The position numbers and the translations under genes are program-made. The notes beneath the pieces are model-generated. The model was not told the origin of the DNA. It was given only the letters and a program-made list of their open reading frames with translations, and did no database searches. A DNA stretch of 64,000 bases, taken from the NCBI GenBank assembly GCA_963744995.1, contig CAVUWA010000003.1, positions 96,001 through 160,000 on the forward strand, in the 5' to 3' direction. Source of the DNA: Candidatus Eiseniibacteriota bacterium (lineage in GTDB: Bacteria; Eisenbacteria; RBG-16-71-46). Positions 8,246 to 17,276 of the stretch are shown here, one piece after another; position 1 is the stretch's first letter; each line of letters starts with the position of its first letter.

Positions 8246-9873
8246 GCGCCCTCCACACCGACCGCGTCCCGTTGGGGCATGCCGGCATTCGATCCGCGTT
8301 CGTAGACGACTCGACCGTCGATGATGGTGGACCGGGCCGCCGCGCCGCGCAAGCCCTCGACGCCCGCCGCGTGCAGATCGCGATCCCATACCACCAGGTC
8401 CGCACGCGCCCCCGGGCCGAGCCGCCCGAGCCGGGGCCAGGCGCCCGCGAGCCGCGCCGGCGCGGCCGTGAATGCGCCGAGTGCCTGATCGAGCGACACC
8501 CGCTCCGCCGGGGTCCAGCCGCCCTCCGGCGTGCCGTCGGCGCGCGTACGAGCGAGCGCGGCGACGAGCGCCGCGTCCACGTCGGGCGCTTCGATCGGCG
8601 CGTCGGACCCGAACGCGACGAGCGCGCCGGCGTCGAACAACGTCCTCCACGGATAGGCGTGGCCCAGGCGCGAGCCCCACCACTGCTCCGCCGCGTCGAT
8701 GTCGGTCACGCAGTGGCTCGGCTGCACACTCGCGGCCACGCCCAGGGCGGCGAAGCGGCCGCGGTCGGCCGGGTCGAGGAGCTGCACGTGTTCGATGCGG
8801 GGCGGCAGCGGCACACGAGGCCCGCCCCCCGCGCCTTCGAAGGCGTCGAGCGCGGAGCGCACGGCGCGATCGCCGATCGCATGCACCGCGACCGACAGCC
8901 CGCCCGCGAACGCGCGCGCGACCAGCCGCGCCAGTTCGTCCGGCGCGATCAGGTCCATCCCCGCGTCGGTGGTGCCGTCGTACGGCGCGAGCAACGCGGC
9001 GGTGCGCGATCCCAGCGTGCCGTCGGCGAACAATTTCACGTGACCGACCCGGAACCAGTCGTCGCCGATCCCGCTCTCGAGCCCCGTGGCGAGCGCGGCG
9101 TCGAGCCCCGCATGCGTGAGATGCATCAGCACGCGCACGCGCGGGCCAGAGCCGTGCGCCATCGCACGCAGCGCGCGAAACGCCTCTGCGCCTTCGAAGT
9201 CCTGCACCGCCGTGATGCCGAGCGCGTGCAGCCGTCGCGCCGCGCGCGCCAGCACCGCGCCGGCCCGTTCGCGCGCCGCCGAGCGCTCGAGCGCAGCGGT
9301 GAGACGCACGGCGTTCTCGCGCAGGATCCCGGTCGGTGCGCCGGTCGCGTCGCGCTCGATGCGGCCGCCTTCCGGGTCACGGGTCTTCGCGTCCACACCG
9401 GCAGCGGACAATGCGGCGCCGTTCGCCCACAGCGAATGATGGTCATGGGCGTGCAGCAGCACCGGACGTTCGCCGGTCACCGCGTCGAGCACCCGCGAAG
9501 GCGGCGCGGGCCAGCCGTGATCGTTCCAGCCGTGGCCGACCACGACGCCGTCGCCCGGATGCGCCGCGAGATGGGCCCGGACGGCATCGAGCACGGCTTC
9601 CGCACGATGCGCCCCGCCGAGGTCGAGTTCGGCGCGTGCGTGCGCCCAGCCGAGCAGGTGAACGTGCGCGTCGCAGAGACCCGGGGTCACCGTCGCGCCG
9701 CCCGCATCGATCCGGTGCGTCGCGGGGCCGGCGGCCGATTCGAGATCCGCGCCCGCACCGATGGCGGCAATGGTTCCGTCGCGGAGCCCGATCGCGTCGG
9801 CGCCGGCGGGGCACCCGTCCGCGGACCAGAGCCGGGCCCCGGTCACGAGGACATCGAGGGCGGGCGATGGCAT
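8242..9873 (-). CDS. Amidohydrolase-3 family (YtcJ-like) metallohydrolase
   Basis: PGLCDAHVH, VKLFADGTLGSRTA, VHAIGDRA, RIEHVQ, FGSDAP, ADLVV. GGAG RBS before ATG 9873; the longer track ORF is an artefactual extension. Confidence 0.9.
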   Translation of the reverse strand: MPSPALDVLVTGARLWSADGCPAGADAIGLRDGTIAAIGAGADLESAAGPATHRIDAGGATVTPGLCDAHVHLLGWAHARAELDLGGAHRAEAVLDAVRAHLAAHPGDGVVVGHGWNDHGWPAPPSRVLDAVTGERPVLLHAHDHHSLWANGAALSAAGVDAKTRDPEGGRIERDATGAPTGILRENAVRLTAALERSAARERAGAVLARAARRLHALGITAVQDFEGAEAFRALRAMAHGSGPRVRVLMHLTHAGLDAALATGLESGIGDDWFRVGHVKLFADGTLGSRTAALLAPYDGTTDAGMDLIAPDELARLVARAFAGGLSVAVHAIGDRAVRSALDAFEGAGGGPRVPLPPRIEHVQLLDPADRGRFAALGVAASVQPSHCVTDIDAAEQWWGSRLGHAYPWRTLFDAGALVAFGSDAPIEAPDVDAALVAALARTRADGTPEGGWTPAERVSLDQALGAFTAAPARLAGAWPRLGRLGPGARADLVVWDRDLHAAGVEGLRGAAARSTIIDGRVVYERGSNAGMPQRDAVGVEGA

Positions 9874-9923
9874 GCGGCGCTGGGGCTCCTTTCCGGTGGC
9901 GTGGCTGGCTGGAGGGTCGGCGA

Positions 9924-9952
9924 AAGGTAGCGACCGGTGGGCGTGTTGTCCA
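9924..9952 (-). promoter_or_regulatory. sigma70-type promoter for amidohydrolase-ECF sigma
   Basis: TGGACA-17 nt-TACCTT. Confidence 0.45.
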
Positions 9953-10075
9953 TCCGCCGGAGCGCGAAGGCGGCGCCCTCCACGGGCAGGCCCGGGACAG
10001 CGGTTCGAGGGGGTCCCGCCCGTTTCCCGGCGGCCGGCGGCTCGGGCCGCACGCAGGGGGCGGCGGCCGCGGGGC

Positions 10076-10208
10076 AAAAAAAGAGGAGGCTCCCCGACAC
10101 ACTCGTGAGACGACCGCCAGCCACCGGTTGCGATGTCTGGACGCAGCGCCAAATGGGCGGCGGCGACCGTCGAAGCACGGAATCGGTCAGGCAACCTCGC
10201 TCCGCTGC
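10076..10208 (-). ncRNA. Candidate structured ncRNA (~130-nt rod-like hairpin), family unassigned
   Basis: End-to-end pairing with several G-U pairs that form only on the minus strand; upstream promoter; ends in a T7 tract; no credible ORF. Confidence 0.6.
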
Positions 10209-10213
10209 CCGCG

Positions 10214-10250
10214 AGTTTTACGGGGACGAAACATCGGGTCAAGTAAAAAA
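10214..10250 (-). promoter_or_regulatory. sigma70-type promoter with T-rich upstream tract driving the ncRNA candidate
   Basis: TTTTTTAC-TTGACC-16/17 nt-TAAAACT, an AT-rich island in very GC-rich DNA. Confidence 0.55.
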
Positions 10251-10355
10251 CGGCAAAGGGCGCCCGCGAAACCGCGAATTTAACCGGATCCAGCTCCGAA
10301 CGGGCGATCGGCTCCATCGAACCCGGCCGCCGTGCGACCGGGACTTCGGGCGCCG

Positions 10356-10385
10356 TTGACGCTCGGTTCGCCGCTCTGCTAGCGT
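10356..10385 (+). promoter_or_regulatory. sigma70-type promoter with extended -10 (near-leaderless)
   Basis: TTGACG-18 nt-(TG-C)TAGCGT, ending 10 nt before ATG 10396. Confidence 0.55.
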
Positions 10386-10395
10386 GCTGCGCCTC

Positions 10396-11739
10396 ATGGC
10401 CAGACGAAAGGCACCCCGTGCGCACCCGCGCTCCCGTGTGGCGAGCGCCCTGCTTCAGAAGATCGAGAAACGCACCGCTCATCTGGCCGTGATCGGCGCC
10501 GGTTACGTCGGACTCCCCCTCGCGGTCGAACTGGCCAAGGCCGGCTTCCGCGTCCACTGCATCGACGTGGACGAGCGGCGCGTGAAACAACTGGCGCGCG
10601 GGCGCTCGTACATCCAGGACGTCCCCACCGCCGACGTCCGCGAGCTGGTGCGGGCCGGCAAGCTGCTGCCCACGACCGACTTCAGCGTGCTCAAGAAGGC
10701 GGACGCCGTGAACGTCTGCGTCCCGACCCCGCTCTCCAAGCAGCGTGACCCGGACGTGTCGTACATCGTCGCGGCCGCGCAGCAGGTCGCGAAGCACCTG
10801 CATCCCGGCATGCTGGTGATCCTCGAGAGCACCACCTATCCGGGCACGACCGACGAGTTGATCCTGCCGCTCCTCAAGGAGACCGGCATGGAGGTCGGCA
10901 AGGACTTCTTCCTCGCGTTCTCGCCCGAGCGCGTCGACCCGGGCAACGCGACGCACACCACCCGCACTATTCCCAAGGTGGTGGGCGGCGTCACGCCGGT
11001 CTGCACCGAGGTCGCGGTGGCGCTCTATTCGCAGCGGCTCGACACGGTCGTCCCGGTCTCCTCGCCGCAGGTCGCCGAGATGGTCAAGCTGCTCGAAAAC
11101 ACGTTCCGCAGCGTGAACATCGGCCTCGTGAACGAGATGGCGATGATGTGCAACCGCCTGAAGATCGACGTGTGGGAAGTGATCGAGGCGGCGAGCACCA
11201 AGCCGTTCGGCTTCATGCCGTTCTACCCGGGTCCCGGACTCGGCGGGCACTGCATTCCCATCGACCCGTTCTATCTGTCGTGGAAGGCCCGCGCGAGCGG
11301 ATTCGAAGCGCGCTTCATCGAGCTGGCGGGCTACATCAACGGCCAGATGCCCGACCACGTCGTGAACCACGTCGCGTTCGCGCTCAACCGGCTCGGGCTG
11401 GCGACACGCGGTTCGCGCGTCCTCGTGCTGGGCGTCGCGTACAAGGCCGATATCGACGACACCCGTGAGAGCCCCGCCCTGGACATCATGGAGACGCTGC
11501 GCGAGCGCGGAGCGCGGATCGAATACAGCGATCCCCACGTCCCCTCGCTCGAGTTCGGCGGCCGCCGGCTGAAGAGTGTTCCGCTCACCCCGGCGCGGCT
11601 CAAGCGCTTCGACTGCGTCGTGATCGCCACCGCCCACAAGAAGTTCCCCTACGGTGCGGTGGTGCGCCATGCGCGCTCGATCGTCGACACCCGCAACGCG
11701 CTCAAGGGCAGGACCTCGAAGAAGATCGTGCGCCTGTAG
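10396..11739 (+). CDS. UDP-glucose/GDP-mannose dehydrogenase family (WbpA/WecC-like nucleotide-sugar dehydrogenase)
   Basis: GAGYVGLPLA, CVPTP, ESTTYPGTT, SPERVDPG, KLLENTFR, PGPGLGGHCIPIDP, YKADIDDTRESP. Confidence 0.93.
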   Translation: MARRKAPRAHPRSRVASALLQKIEKRTAHLAVIGAGYVGLPLAVELAKAGFRVHCIDVDERRVKQLARGRSYIQDVPTADVRELVRAGKLLPTTDFSVLKKADAVNVCVPTPLSKQRDPDVSYIVAAAQQVAKHLHPGMLVILESTTYPGTTDELILPLLKETGMEVGKDFFLAFSPERVDPGNATHTTRTIPKVVGGVTPVCTEVAVALYSQRLDTVVPVSSPQVAEMVKLLENTFRSVNIGLVNEMAMMCNRLKIDVWEVIEAASTKPFGFMPFYPGPGLGGHCIPIDPFYLSWKARASGFEARFIELAGYINGQMPDHVVNHVAFALNRLGLATRGSRVLVLGVAYKADIDDTRESPALDIMETLRERGARIEYSDPHVPSLEFGGRRLKSVPLTPARLKRFDCVVIATAHKKFPYGAVVRHARSIVDTRNALKGRTSKKIVRL

Positions 11740-11764
11740 CGACGGAGTCGTCCCGCGCCCCGCT

Positions 11765-13327
11765 TCATGTCGCCCCCGACACACTCGCCGCGGAACCAGC
11801 CGGCGCCGCGCGGCCGGCCCGCAGCACCGCACTCCTCAGGCTGGAGCGGAACGAGGACCAGCCGACACCGGCGAACCCCGCGACCAGGAGCAGGATGAAC
11901 GGGATGGCCCGATACTCCCGCGTCGCCCAGGCGAATGCAGTGAGAGCGGTGAAGTAGACCGCCAGCAGGAGCTCGGTGCGCCCTGCCAGCCGCGTGGTCG
12001 AGGCGTAGGGCGCGAGCGTTTCGCCCGCCTCGCTGCCCGCCTTGGGCGTGCGCTCCCAGTGCCCGATCCGCGATCCCAGACCCTCGAAGACGGCGCGCGC
12101 ATTGTTGACCGAGAGACCGACTCCAATCACCAGCGCCGTGACGACGTGAGCCCACAGCCGCGGTCCCCTCTCCCCTGCCGCGCGCTGACCTGCGGCGAGG
12201 AAGATGGTGACCGGGACCACGCCGAGCAGGACCACGCCCGCCTGCAGCGTCCAGACCAGCGCGGGCGAAGCCGCCGACGTGCCGAGCAGGACCGGCAGCA
12301 GCAGCAGCGCGAGCGCGAGCAGCAGCGGATAGGTGAAGTTGCTGGTCAGGTGGAACCACGCTTCCAGCTTGACGCCGAGCGGCAGCGGGCGGCGCCACAG
12401 GCCCGGCAGGAGCTTGCGCGCGGTCTGGATCGAGCCTTTGGCCCAGCGGCGCTGCTGGGACTTGAGCGCCTCGATGTCGGCCGGCAGCTCCGCGGGCGAC
12501 TCGACCGCGGGGTCGAAGACGAACGCCCACCCGGCGAGCTGCGCCCGGTAGCTGAGATCGAGGTCCTCGGTCAGCGTGTCGTGCGACCAGCCTCCGGCGT
12601 CCTCGATGCAGCGCCGCCGCCAGATGCCGGCGGTCCCGTTGAAGTTGAAGAACAGCCCGCGCTCCATGCGCGTCACGTGCTCGAGCAGGAAGTGCGAGTC
12701 CAGCATCACCGCCTGGGCCGCGGTGAGCGCCGAAGCGCGGCGGTTCAGGTGCCCCCAGCGCGCCTGCACCATCCCGACGCGCGGGTCACCGAAGTGCGGG
12801 ACCAGCCGGGTGAGGAAATCCGGCGCCGGGACGAAGTCCGCGTCGAACACCGCCACCAGCTCCGCCTCCGTGGCCTGCAGCCCGGCGTCGAGCGCACCGG
12901 CCTTGTACCCGGCGCGATCGTCGCGGGCGAGCAGACGGATCGGCACTCCGCGGGCGGCATGCCGCGCGACCGCCGCCGCCGCGATCTCGCGGGTCTCGTC
13001 GGTGGAGTCGTCGAGCACCTGGATGTCGAGCCGGGCGGGCGGGTAGTCGAGTGCCGCGGCCGCGTCGATCAGGCGGGCGATCACCCGGCGCTCGTTGTAG
13101 ACGGGCAGCTGCACGGCGACCCGGGGCCATCGGGCCGGCGGCGCCGGCACGGGGGGCGGCGCTCGCCGTCTGCGCCAGCGCCAGAGCGTGAGGTAGCGGT
13201 GCGAGGAATAGACGACGATCAGCGCCTGGGCCAGGACGTAGATCGCCAGCACCAGCGCCTGGAGCCACGACAGCGCGAAGGACGCCAGAGACGTCCCGGT
13301 ATGAATGGCGGGGATCAAGACCGTCAA
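11765..13327 (-). CDS. Processive GT2 glycosyltransferase, cellulose-synthase-like (true start probably TTG 13318)
   Basis: QLPVYNE, QVLDDSTD, KAGAL, FDADF, TEDLDLSYR, QQRRWAKG (D,D,D,QxxRW); TM helices at both ends. Confidence 0.9.
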   Translation of the reverse strand: MTVLIPAIHTGTSLASFALSWLQALVLAIYVLAQALIVVYSSHRYLTLWRWRRRRAPPPVPAPPARWPRVAVQLPVYNERRVIARLIDAAAALDYPPARLDIQVLDDSTDETREIAAAAVARHAARGVPIRLLARDDRAGYKAGALDAGLQATEAELVAVFDADFVPAPDFLTRLVPHFGDPRVGMVQARWGHLNRRASALTAAQAVMLDSHFLLEHVTRMERGLFFNFNGTAGIWRRRCIEDAGGWSHDTLTEDLDLSYRAQLAGWAFVFDPAVESPAELPADIEALKSQQRRWAKGSIQTARKLLPGLWRRPLPLGVKLEAWFHLTSNFTYPLLLALALLLLPVLLGTSAASPALVWTLQAGVVLLGVVPVTIFLAAGQRAAGERGPRLWAHVVTALVIGVGLSVNNARAVFEGLGSRIGHWERTPKAGSEAGETLAPYASTTRLAGRTELLLAVYFTALTAFAWATREYRAIPFILLLVAGFAGVGWSSFRSSLRSAVLRAGRAAPAGSAASVSGAT

Positions 13328-13355
13328 TCTAGGGTCCGCGTTTCGAGGGCGTCAA
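13326..13355 (-). promoter_or_regulatory. sigma70-type promoter for the GT2 gene
   Basis: TTGACG-18 nt-TAGATT, with an in-frame TTG 7 nt downstream. Confidence 0.55.
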
Positions 13356-13424
13356 GGGCAGCGCGAGCAAGCGAACGGCGGCAGGAGCAGTACTCCCGCC
13401 GCCGTCGCATGTGACGGATTTCGC

Positions 13425-15356
13425 CTAGTTCATCACTTCGAAATCGGCGTCAACGGCTCCGTCCCCGCCGCTCTTCTTCTTCTTCTCCCCGTCGCCCTCC
13501 GCCGCCCCTTCGGCCGCCGGTCCCGCTTCCGGGCCGGGCGCGCCGCCGGCGGGCGGGGCGGTGTTCTGGTAGAGCGCCGCCGCCGCCTGGTGCCAGGCCT
13601 GCTCGAGACCCTGCGTGGCCGACGTGATCGCCGCCGTATCCGTGCCCTTCAGCGCCTCGCGCAGCGCGGTGATCTTGCCCTCGACGTCGGCCTTCACGCC
13701 GGCCTCGATCTTTTCACCGTGCTCCTTGAGGTTCTTCTCGACCTCGTAGGCCATGTGGTCGCCGCGGTTGCGCGCCTCGACGGCCTCCTTACGCTGCTTG
13801 TCCTCGCCCGCATGCGACTCGGCGTCGCGCACCATGCGCTGGATCTCGTCCTCGGCGATGCCGCTCGAGGCTTCGATCCGGATGCTCTGCTCCTTGCCCG
13901 TGGCGCGGTCCTTCGCCGACACGTGCAGGATGCCGTTGGCGTCGATGTCGAAGGTGACCTCGACCTGCGGCATGCCGCGCGGCGCGGGCGGGATGCCGTC
14001 CAGGTGGAACCGGCCGATCGTCTTGTTGTCGCCGGCCATCGGACGCTCGCCCTGCAGGACGTGCACTTCGACCGTGGTCTGATTGTCCGACGCGGTCGAG
14101 AACACCTCGCTCTTCTTGGTCGGCACCGTCGTATTCCGCTGAATCAGCGGCGTCATGACGCCGCCCAGCGTCTCGATGCCGAGCGACAGCGGGGTGACGT
14201 CCAGCAGCACCACGTCGCGCACGTCGCCCGCCAGCACCGCGCCCTGGATGGCCGCACCGATCGCGACGACCTCGTCCGGGTTCACGCCCTTGTGCGGATC
14301 CTTGCCGAAGATCTCCTTGACCAGCGCCTGCACCCGCGGCATGCGCGTGGCGCCGCCGACGAGCACGACCTCGTCGATCTGGCTCGCCGAGATCCCGGCG
14401 TCCTTGAGCGCACTCATCACCGGGCCGCGGCAGCGCTCGACGAGATCCGTGACGAGCTGCTCGAGCGTCGCACGGGTCACGCGGATGTTGAGATGCTTCG
14501 GGCCGTTCTGGTCCGCCGTGATGAACGGCAGGTTGACGTCAGTCTCGAGCGTCCCCGACAACTCGCACTTGGCCTTCTCCGCAGCCTCCTTCAGCCGCTG
14601 CAGCGCCATCGGGTCCTTGCGCAGGTCGATGCCTTCCTGCTTCTTGAACTGCTCGGCCAGCCAGTCGATGAGCTTCTGGTCGAAGTCGTCGCCGCCGAGA
14701 TGGGTGTCGCCGTTGGTGGACTTGACTTCGAAGACGCCGTCGCCGATCTCGAGGATCGAGATGTCGAACGTGCCGCCACCGAGGTCGAACACGGCGATCT
14801 TCTCGTCCTTCTTCTTGTCGAGCCCGTAGGCCAGCGCGGCCGCCGTCGGCTCGTTGACGATGCGCTTCACGTCGAGGCCCGCGACGCGGCCGGCGTCCTT
14901 GGTCGCCTGCCGCTGGCTGTCGTTGAAATAAGCCGGCACGGTGACCACCGCCTCGGTGACCTTTTCGCCCAGGTACTCCTCGGCCGTCTGCCGCATCTTC
15001 TGCAGGATCATGGCCGAGATCTCGGGCGGCGAGTACTCCTTGTCACCGGCCTTCACGCGCGCATCGCCGCTGCTGCCCCGCACGACCTCGTACGGTACGA
15101 GCTTGATCTCGCTTCCGACCTCGTCGTACTGGCGGCCCATGAAGCGCTTGATCGAATACACCGTGTTCTTCGGGTTGGTCACCGCCTGCCGGCGGGCGAC
15201 CAGCCCGACCAGTCGCTCTCCGCTCTTGGAGAACGCCACCACGGAAGGCGTCGTGCGGAAGCCTTCTGCGTTCGAGATCACCTTGGGCTCACCGCCCTCC
15301 ATGACCGCGACGCACGAATTCGTGGTGCCCAGATCGATTCCGATGACCTTCCCCAT
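13425..15356 (-). CDS. dnaK: Chaperone DnaK (Hsp70)
   Basis: [47 protein letters not shown]-terminal DADFE; RBS before ATG 15356. Confidence 0.98.
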   Translation of the reverse strand: MGKVIGIDLGTTNSCVAVMEGGEPKVISNAEGFRTTPSVVAFSKSGERLVGLVARRQAVTNPKNTVYSIKRFMGRQYDEVGSEIKLVPYEVVRGSSGDARVKAGDKEYSPPEISAMILQKMRQTAEEYLGEKVTEAVVTVPAYFNDSQRQATKDAGRVAGLDVKRIVNEPTAAALAYGLDKKKDEKIAVFDLGGGTFDISILEIGDGVFEVKSTNGDTHLGGDDFDQKLIDWLAEQFKKQEGIDLRKDPMALQRLKEAAEKAKCELSGTLETDVNLPFITADQNGPKHLNIRVTRATLEQLVTDLVERCRGPVMSALKDAGISASQIDEVVLVGGATRMPRVQALVKEIFGKDPHKGVNPDEVVAIGAAIQGAVLAGDVRDVVLLDVTPLSLGIETLGGVMTPLIQRNTTVPTKKSEVFSTASDNQTTVEVHVLQGERPMAGDNKTIGRFHLDGIPPAPRGMPQVEVTFDIDANGILHVSAKDRATGKEQSIRIEASSGIAEDEIQRMVRDAESHAGEDKQRKEAVEARNRGDHMAYEVEKNLKEHGEKIEAGVKADVEGKITALREALKGTDTAAITSATQGLEQAWHQAAAALYQNTAPPAGGAPGPEAGPAAEGAAEGDGEKKKKSGGDGAVDADFEVMN

Positions 15357-15455
15357 GTGCCTCACCTTTCTTTGCGTTGAATGGAACGGGGCGCGCCGGA
15401 CCGGTTCATCCGGCCCGGCGGCGGCGCCCGTCGAATGACTCGCGACGCGGCGGAA

Positions 15456-15908
15456 TTACGAGGTCTGCACCTCGATCTCGCGCACCCGCGCCTCCTCGGC
15501 CTTGGGCACGTGGACCTCCAGCACGCCGTCGTGATACGACGCCTTGACCTTCTCGCTGCGCACCGGCGCGTCGAGCGTGATCGTCCGTTCGAACGAACCG
15601 TAGGTACGCTCGGTGCGGCGGACGCTGCCCTCCTTCGAGGCCAGCTCGTTCCTGCGCTCGCCACGGATCGTCAGGGTCTCGCCCATCAGGCTGACCTTCA
15701 CGTCCTTCTGGCTCATGCCCGGAATGTCCATACGCACGATGAACTCCTCCGAGTTCTCCTCCACGTCCAGCGCCGGACGGAAGCTCGCCTCCCAGCCCGT
15801 GCGCGGGGCCGGCGCCCCGAAGAAGCTGTCGAACACGCGGTTCATTTCGTCCTGAACGCCCACGAGATCGCGGGCCGAACCCAGCGGATTCCAGCGGACC
15901 AGTGTCAT
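15456..15908 (-). CDS. Small heat shock protein (Hsp20/alpha-crystallin)
   Basis: MTLVRWNP, PALDVEE, DIPG, ERTYGSFER, ASYHDGVLEVHVPK, IEV motif; AAGGAG RBS. Confidence 0.95.
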   Translation of the reverse strand: MTLVRWNPLGSARDLVGVQDEMNRVFDSFFGAPAPRTGWEASFRPALDVEENSEEFIVRMDIPGMSQKDVKVSLMGETLTIRGERRNELASKEGSVRRTERTYGSFERTITLDAPVRSEKVKASYHDGVLEVHVPKAEEARVREIEVQTS

Positions 15909-15984
15909 GATGAACTCTCCTTTCAGTGAGCGAAGTACCCGGGCGTTGAGCCGCGGGCTTCGAATGGTCTTCGCCCCTGTGCTT

Positions 15985-16000
15985 TGCAGCCCACGTGCCA
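15985..16000 (-). promoter_or_regulatory. sigma54 (-24/-12) promoter of hsp20-dnaK
   Basis: TGGCAC-GTGGG-CTGCA with exact GG-N10-GC spacing; AT-rich tract upstream at 16016-16050. Confidence 0.65.
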
Positions 16001-16167
16001 TTCCGGTTCGAGCCGACAACTAATTGCGGCTCAATTGATTACACCATTGACCCAGGACCGCGCCACCGTTCGCTGGAGAAACGCAGTCCGGATCTGGAAC
16101 GGTGAGCGTCCCATCCTGGAACGCCGGCGGCTTCACGGACCCGCCGTTCGATTCCGCACGGCGCGTC

Positions 16168-16176
16168 TGCTAGCGT
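16168..16176 (+). promoter_or_regulatory. Extended -10 element (TGCTAGCGT) for the GT4 gene
   Basis: Same motif as before uppP and the sugar dehydrogenase; 9 nt before ATG 16186; -35 weak. Confidence 0.4.
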
Positions 16177-16185
16177 GCGCCCCCG

Positions 16186-17157
16186 ATGCGCATCTCGACC
16201 TTCCTTCCCCACGTCGGCGTGTACGGCGGCGTGCGGCGCTTCATCGAGCTCGGCAACGCCTGGGTGGCCCGCGGCCACGAGGTGACGCTGCATCACCCGG
16301 ACGGCACGCCGCCCGCCTGGCTGCCCTGGGCAGGCCGCACCGCCACGCTCGAGGCAGCGGCCCGCACGCGGGCGGATATCGCCTTCTGCGCCGATCCGCA
16401 CACGCTGCCGGCCTTTCTCGAAGCACCCGCCGAGCGGCGCGTCTACTACTGCGTGATCGAAAAGGATCCGGGCGTCGCGCGCGCCATCGCCGCCGGCGCC
16501 GGCCTGGCGGCCAACTCGTCCCCGCTGCGCCGCAGGCTCGCGCGCCGGCATCGCGTGCCGGTGCTGGACGGCATCGGCGGGCTCGACCCGCGGCGGTTCC
16601 ACCCCGACCCGTCCCGCCGTCCCGTGGACCGGTTGCGCCTGGTCCTTAACGGCCGCCGGGCGCGGCCCAAGAAGGGCACCGACCTGATTCTCGCCGCGCT
16701 CGCCGGGCTGCCGCGTGCCGGCCCCGCGCTCGAGATCGTGCTGTTCGACCACGTCCCGCCCGGCGAGCGCGACCCGCGCGAGGGTGCGAAGCTTCCCGCG
16801 AACGCCCGCTACGTCCTCAACCCGACCCAGGCGGGACTGGCCGAGCTCTATCAGTCCGCGCACGTGTTCGTCGCCGCCGAACGCAAGGCCGGCTGGTGCA
16901 ACACGGCGCTCGAAGCCATGGCGAGCGGCGCCGCGGTGGCGTGCACCCGCAGCGGCACGACCGACTTCGCCGACGATGAGCGCACGGCCCTGGTGGTGCC
17001 CGTGCGGCATCCGTGGTTCCTGCGCGCTGCGATCCGCCGGCTGATCACGGACGCCTCGCTGCGCGAGCGGCTCGGCGCCGCGGGCGCGGCCGAAGCCCCG
17101 CGCTGGTCGTGGGACGGCCTGGCGGAAAAGCTGCTCGGTCAGATCCGCGCGCGCTGA
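16186..17157 (+). CDS. GT4 (GT-B) glycosyltransferase
   Basis: YGGVRR, KKGTD, LAELYQSAHVFV, NTALEAMASGAAV. Confidence 0.85.
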   Translation: MRISTFLPHVGVYGGVRRFIELGNAWVARGHEVTLHHPDGTPPAWLPWAGRTATLEAAARTRADIAFCADPHTLPAFLEAPAERRVYYCVIEKDPGVARAIAAGAGLAANSSPLRRRLARRHRVPVLDGIGGLDPRRFHPDPSRRPVDRLRLVLNGRRARPKKGTDLILAALAGLPRAGPALEIVLFDHVPPGERDPREGAKLPANARYVLNPTQAGLAELYQSAHVFVAAERKAGWCNTALEAMASGAAVACTRSGTTDFADDERTALVVPVRHPWFLRAAIRRLITDASLRERLGAAGAAEAPRWSWDGLAEKLLGQIRAR

Positions 17158-17276
17158 CGCCTCGTCCGCGCTGCCGCACGCGGATGGCGCGCCCGCGCCG
17201 ATCGGGCCGGGGCCGGAAACGAAATGCGCGCCGCGGATGCCGCGGCGCGGCTGGCACGCGGGCTCCCGAACGGACC

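Noticed and set aside
10076..10208. Assignment of the hairpin RNA as SRP (4.5S) RNA, tRNA-Sec, or part of small ORF 9843-10178
   Set aside because: No SRP domain IV motif, no tRNA arms, and the overlapping ORF has no RBS or recognisable features.
8242..11832. 1196-aa ORF suggesting a giant amidohydrolase fusion
   Set aside because: The N-terminal part is the antisense shadow of the sugar dehydrogenase plus intergenic DNA. The real gene has its own RBS and promoter and starts at 9873.
13305..15380. 691-aa plus-strand ORF opposite dnaK, and similar long antisense ORFs (37470-39440, 39738-41366, 48756-51329, 55548-57698, 60193-62595)
   Set aside because: Stop-free antisense frames are expected from GC-rich codon bias; they show no motifs and fully overlap well-supported genes.
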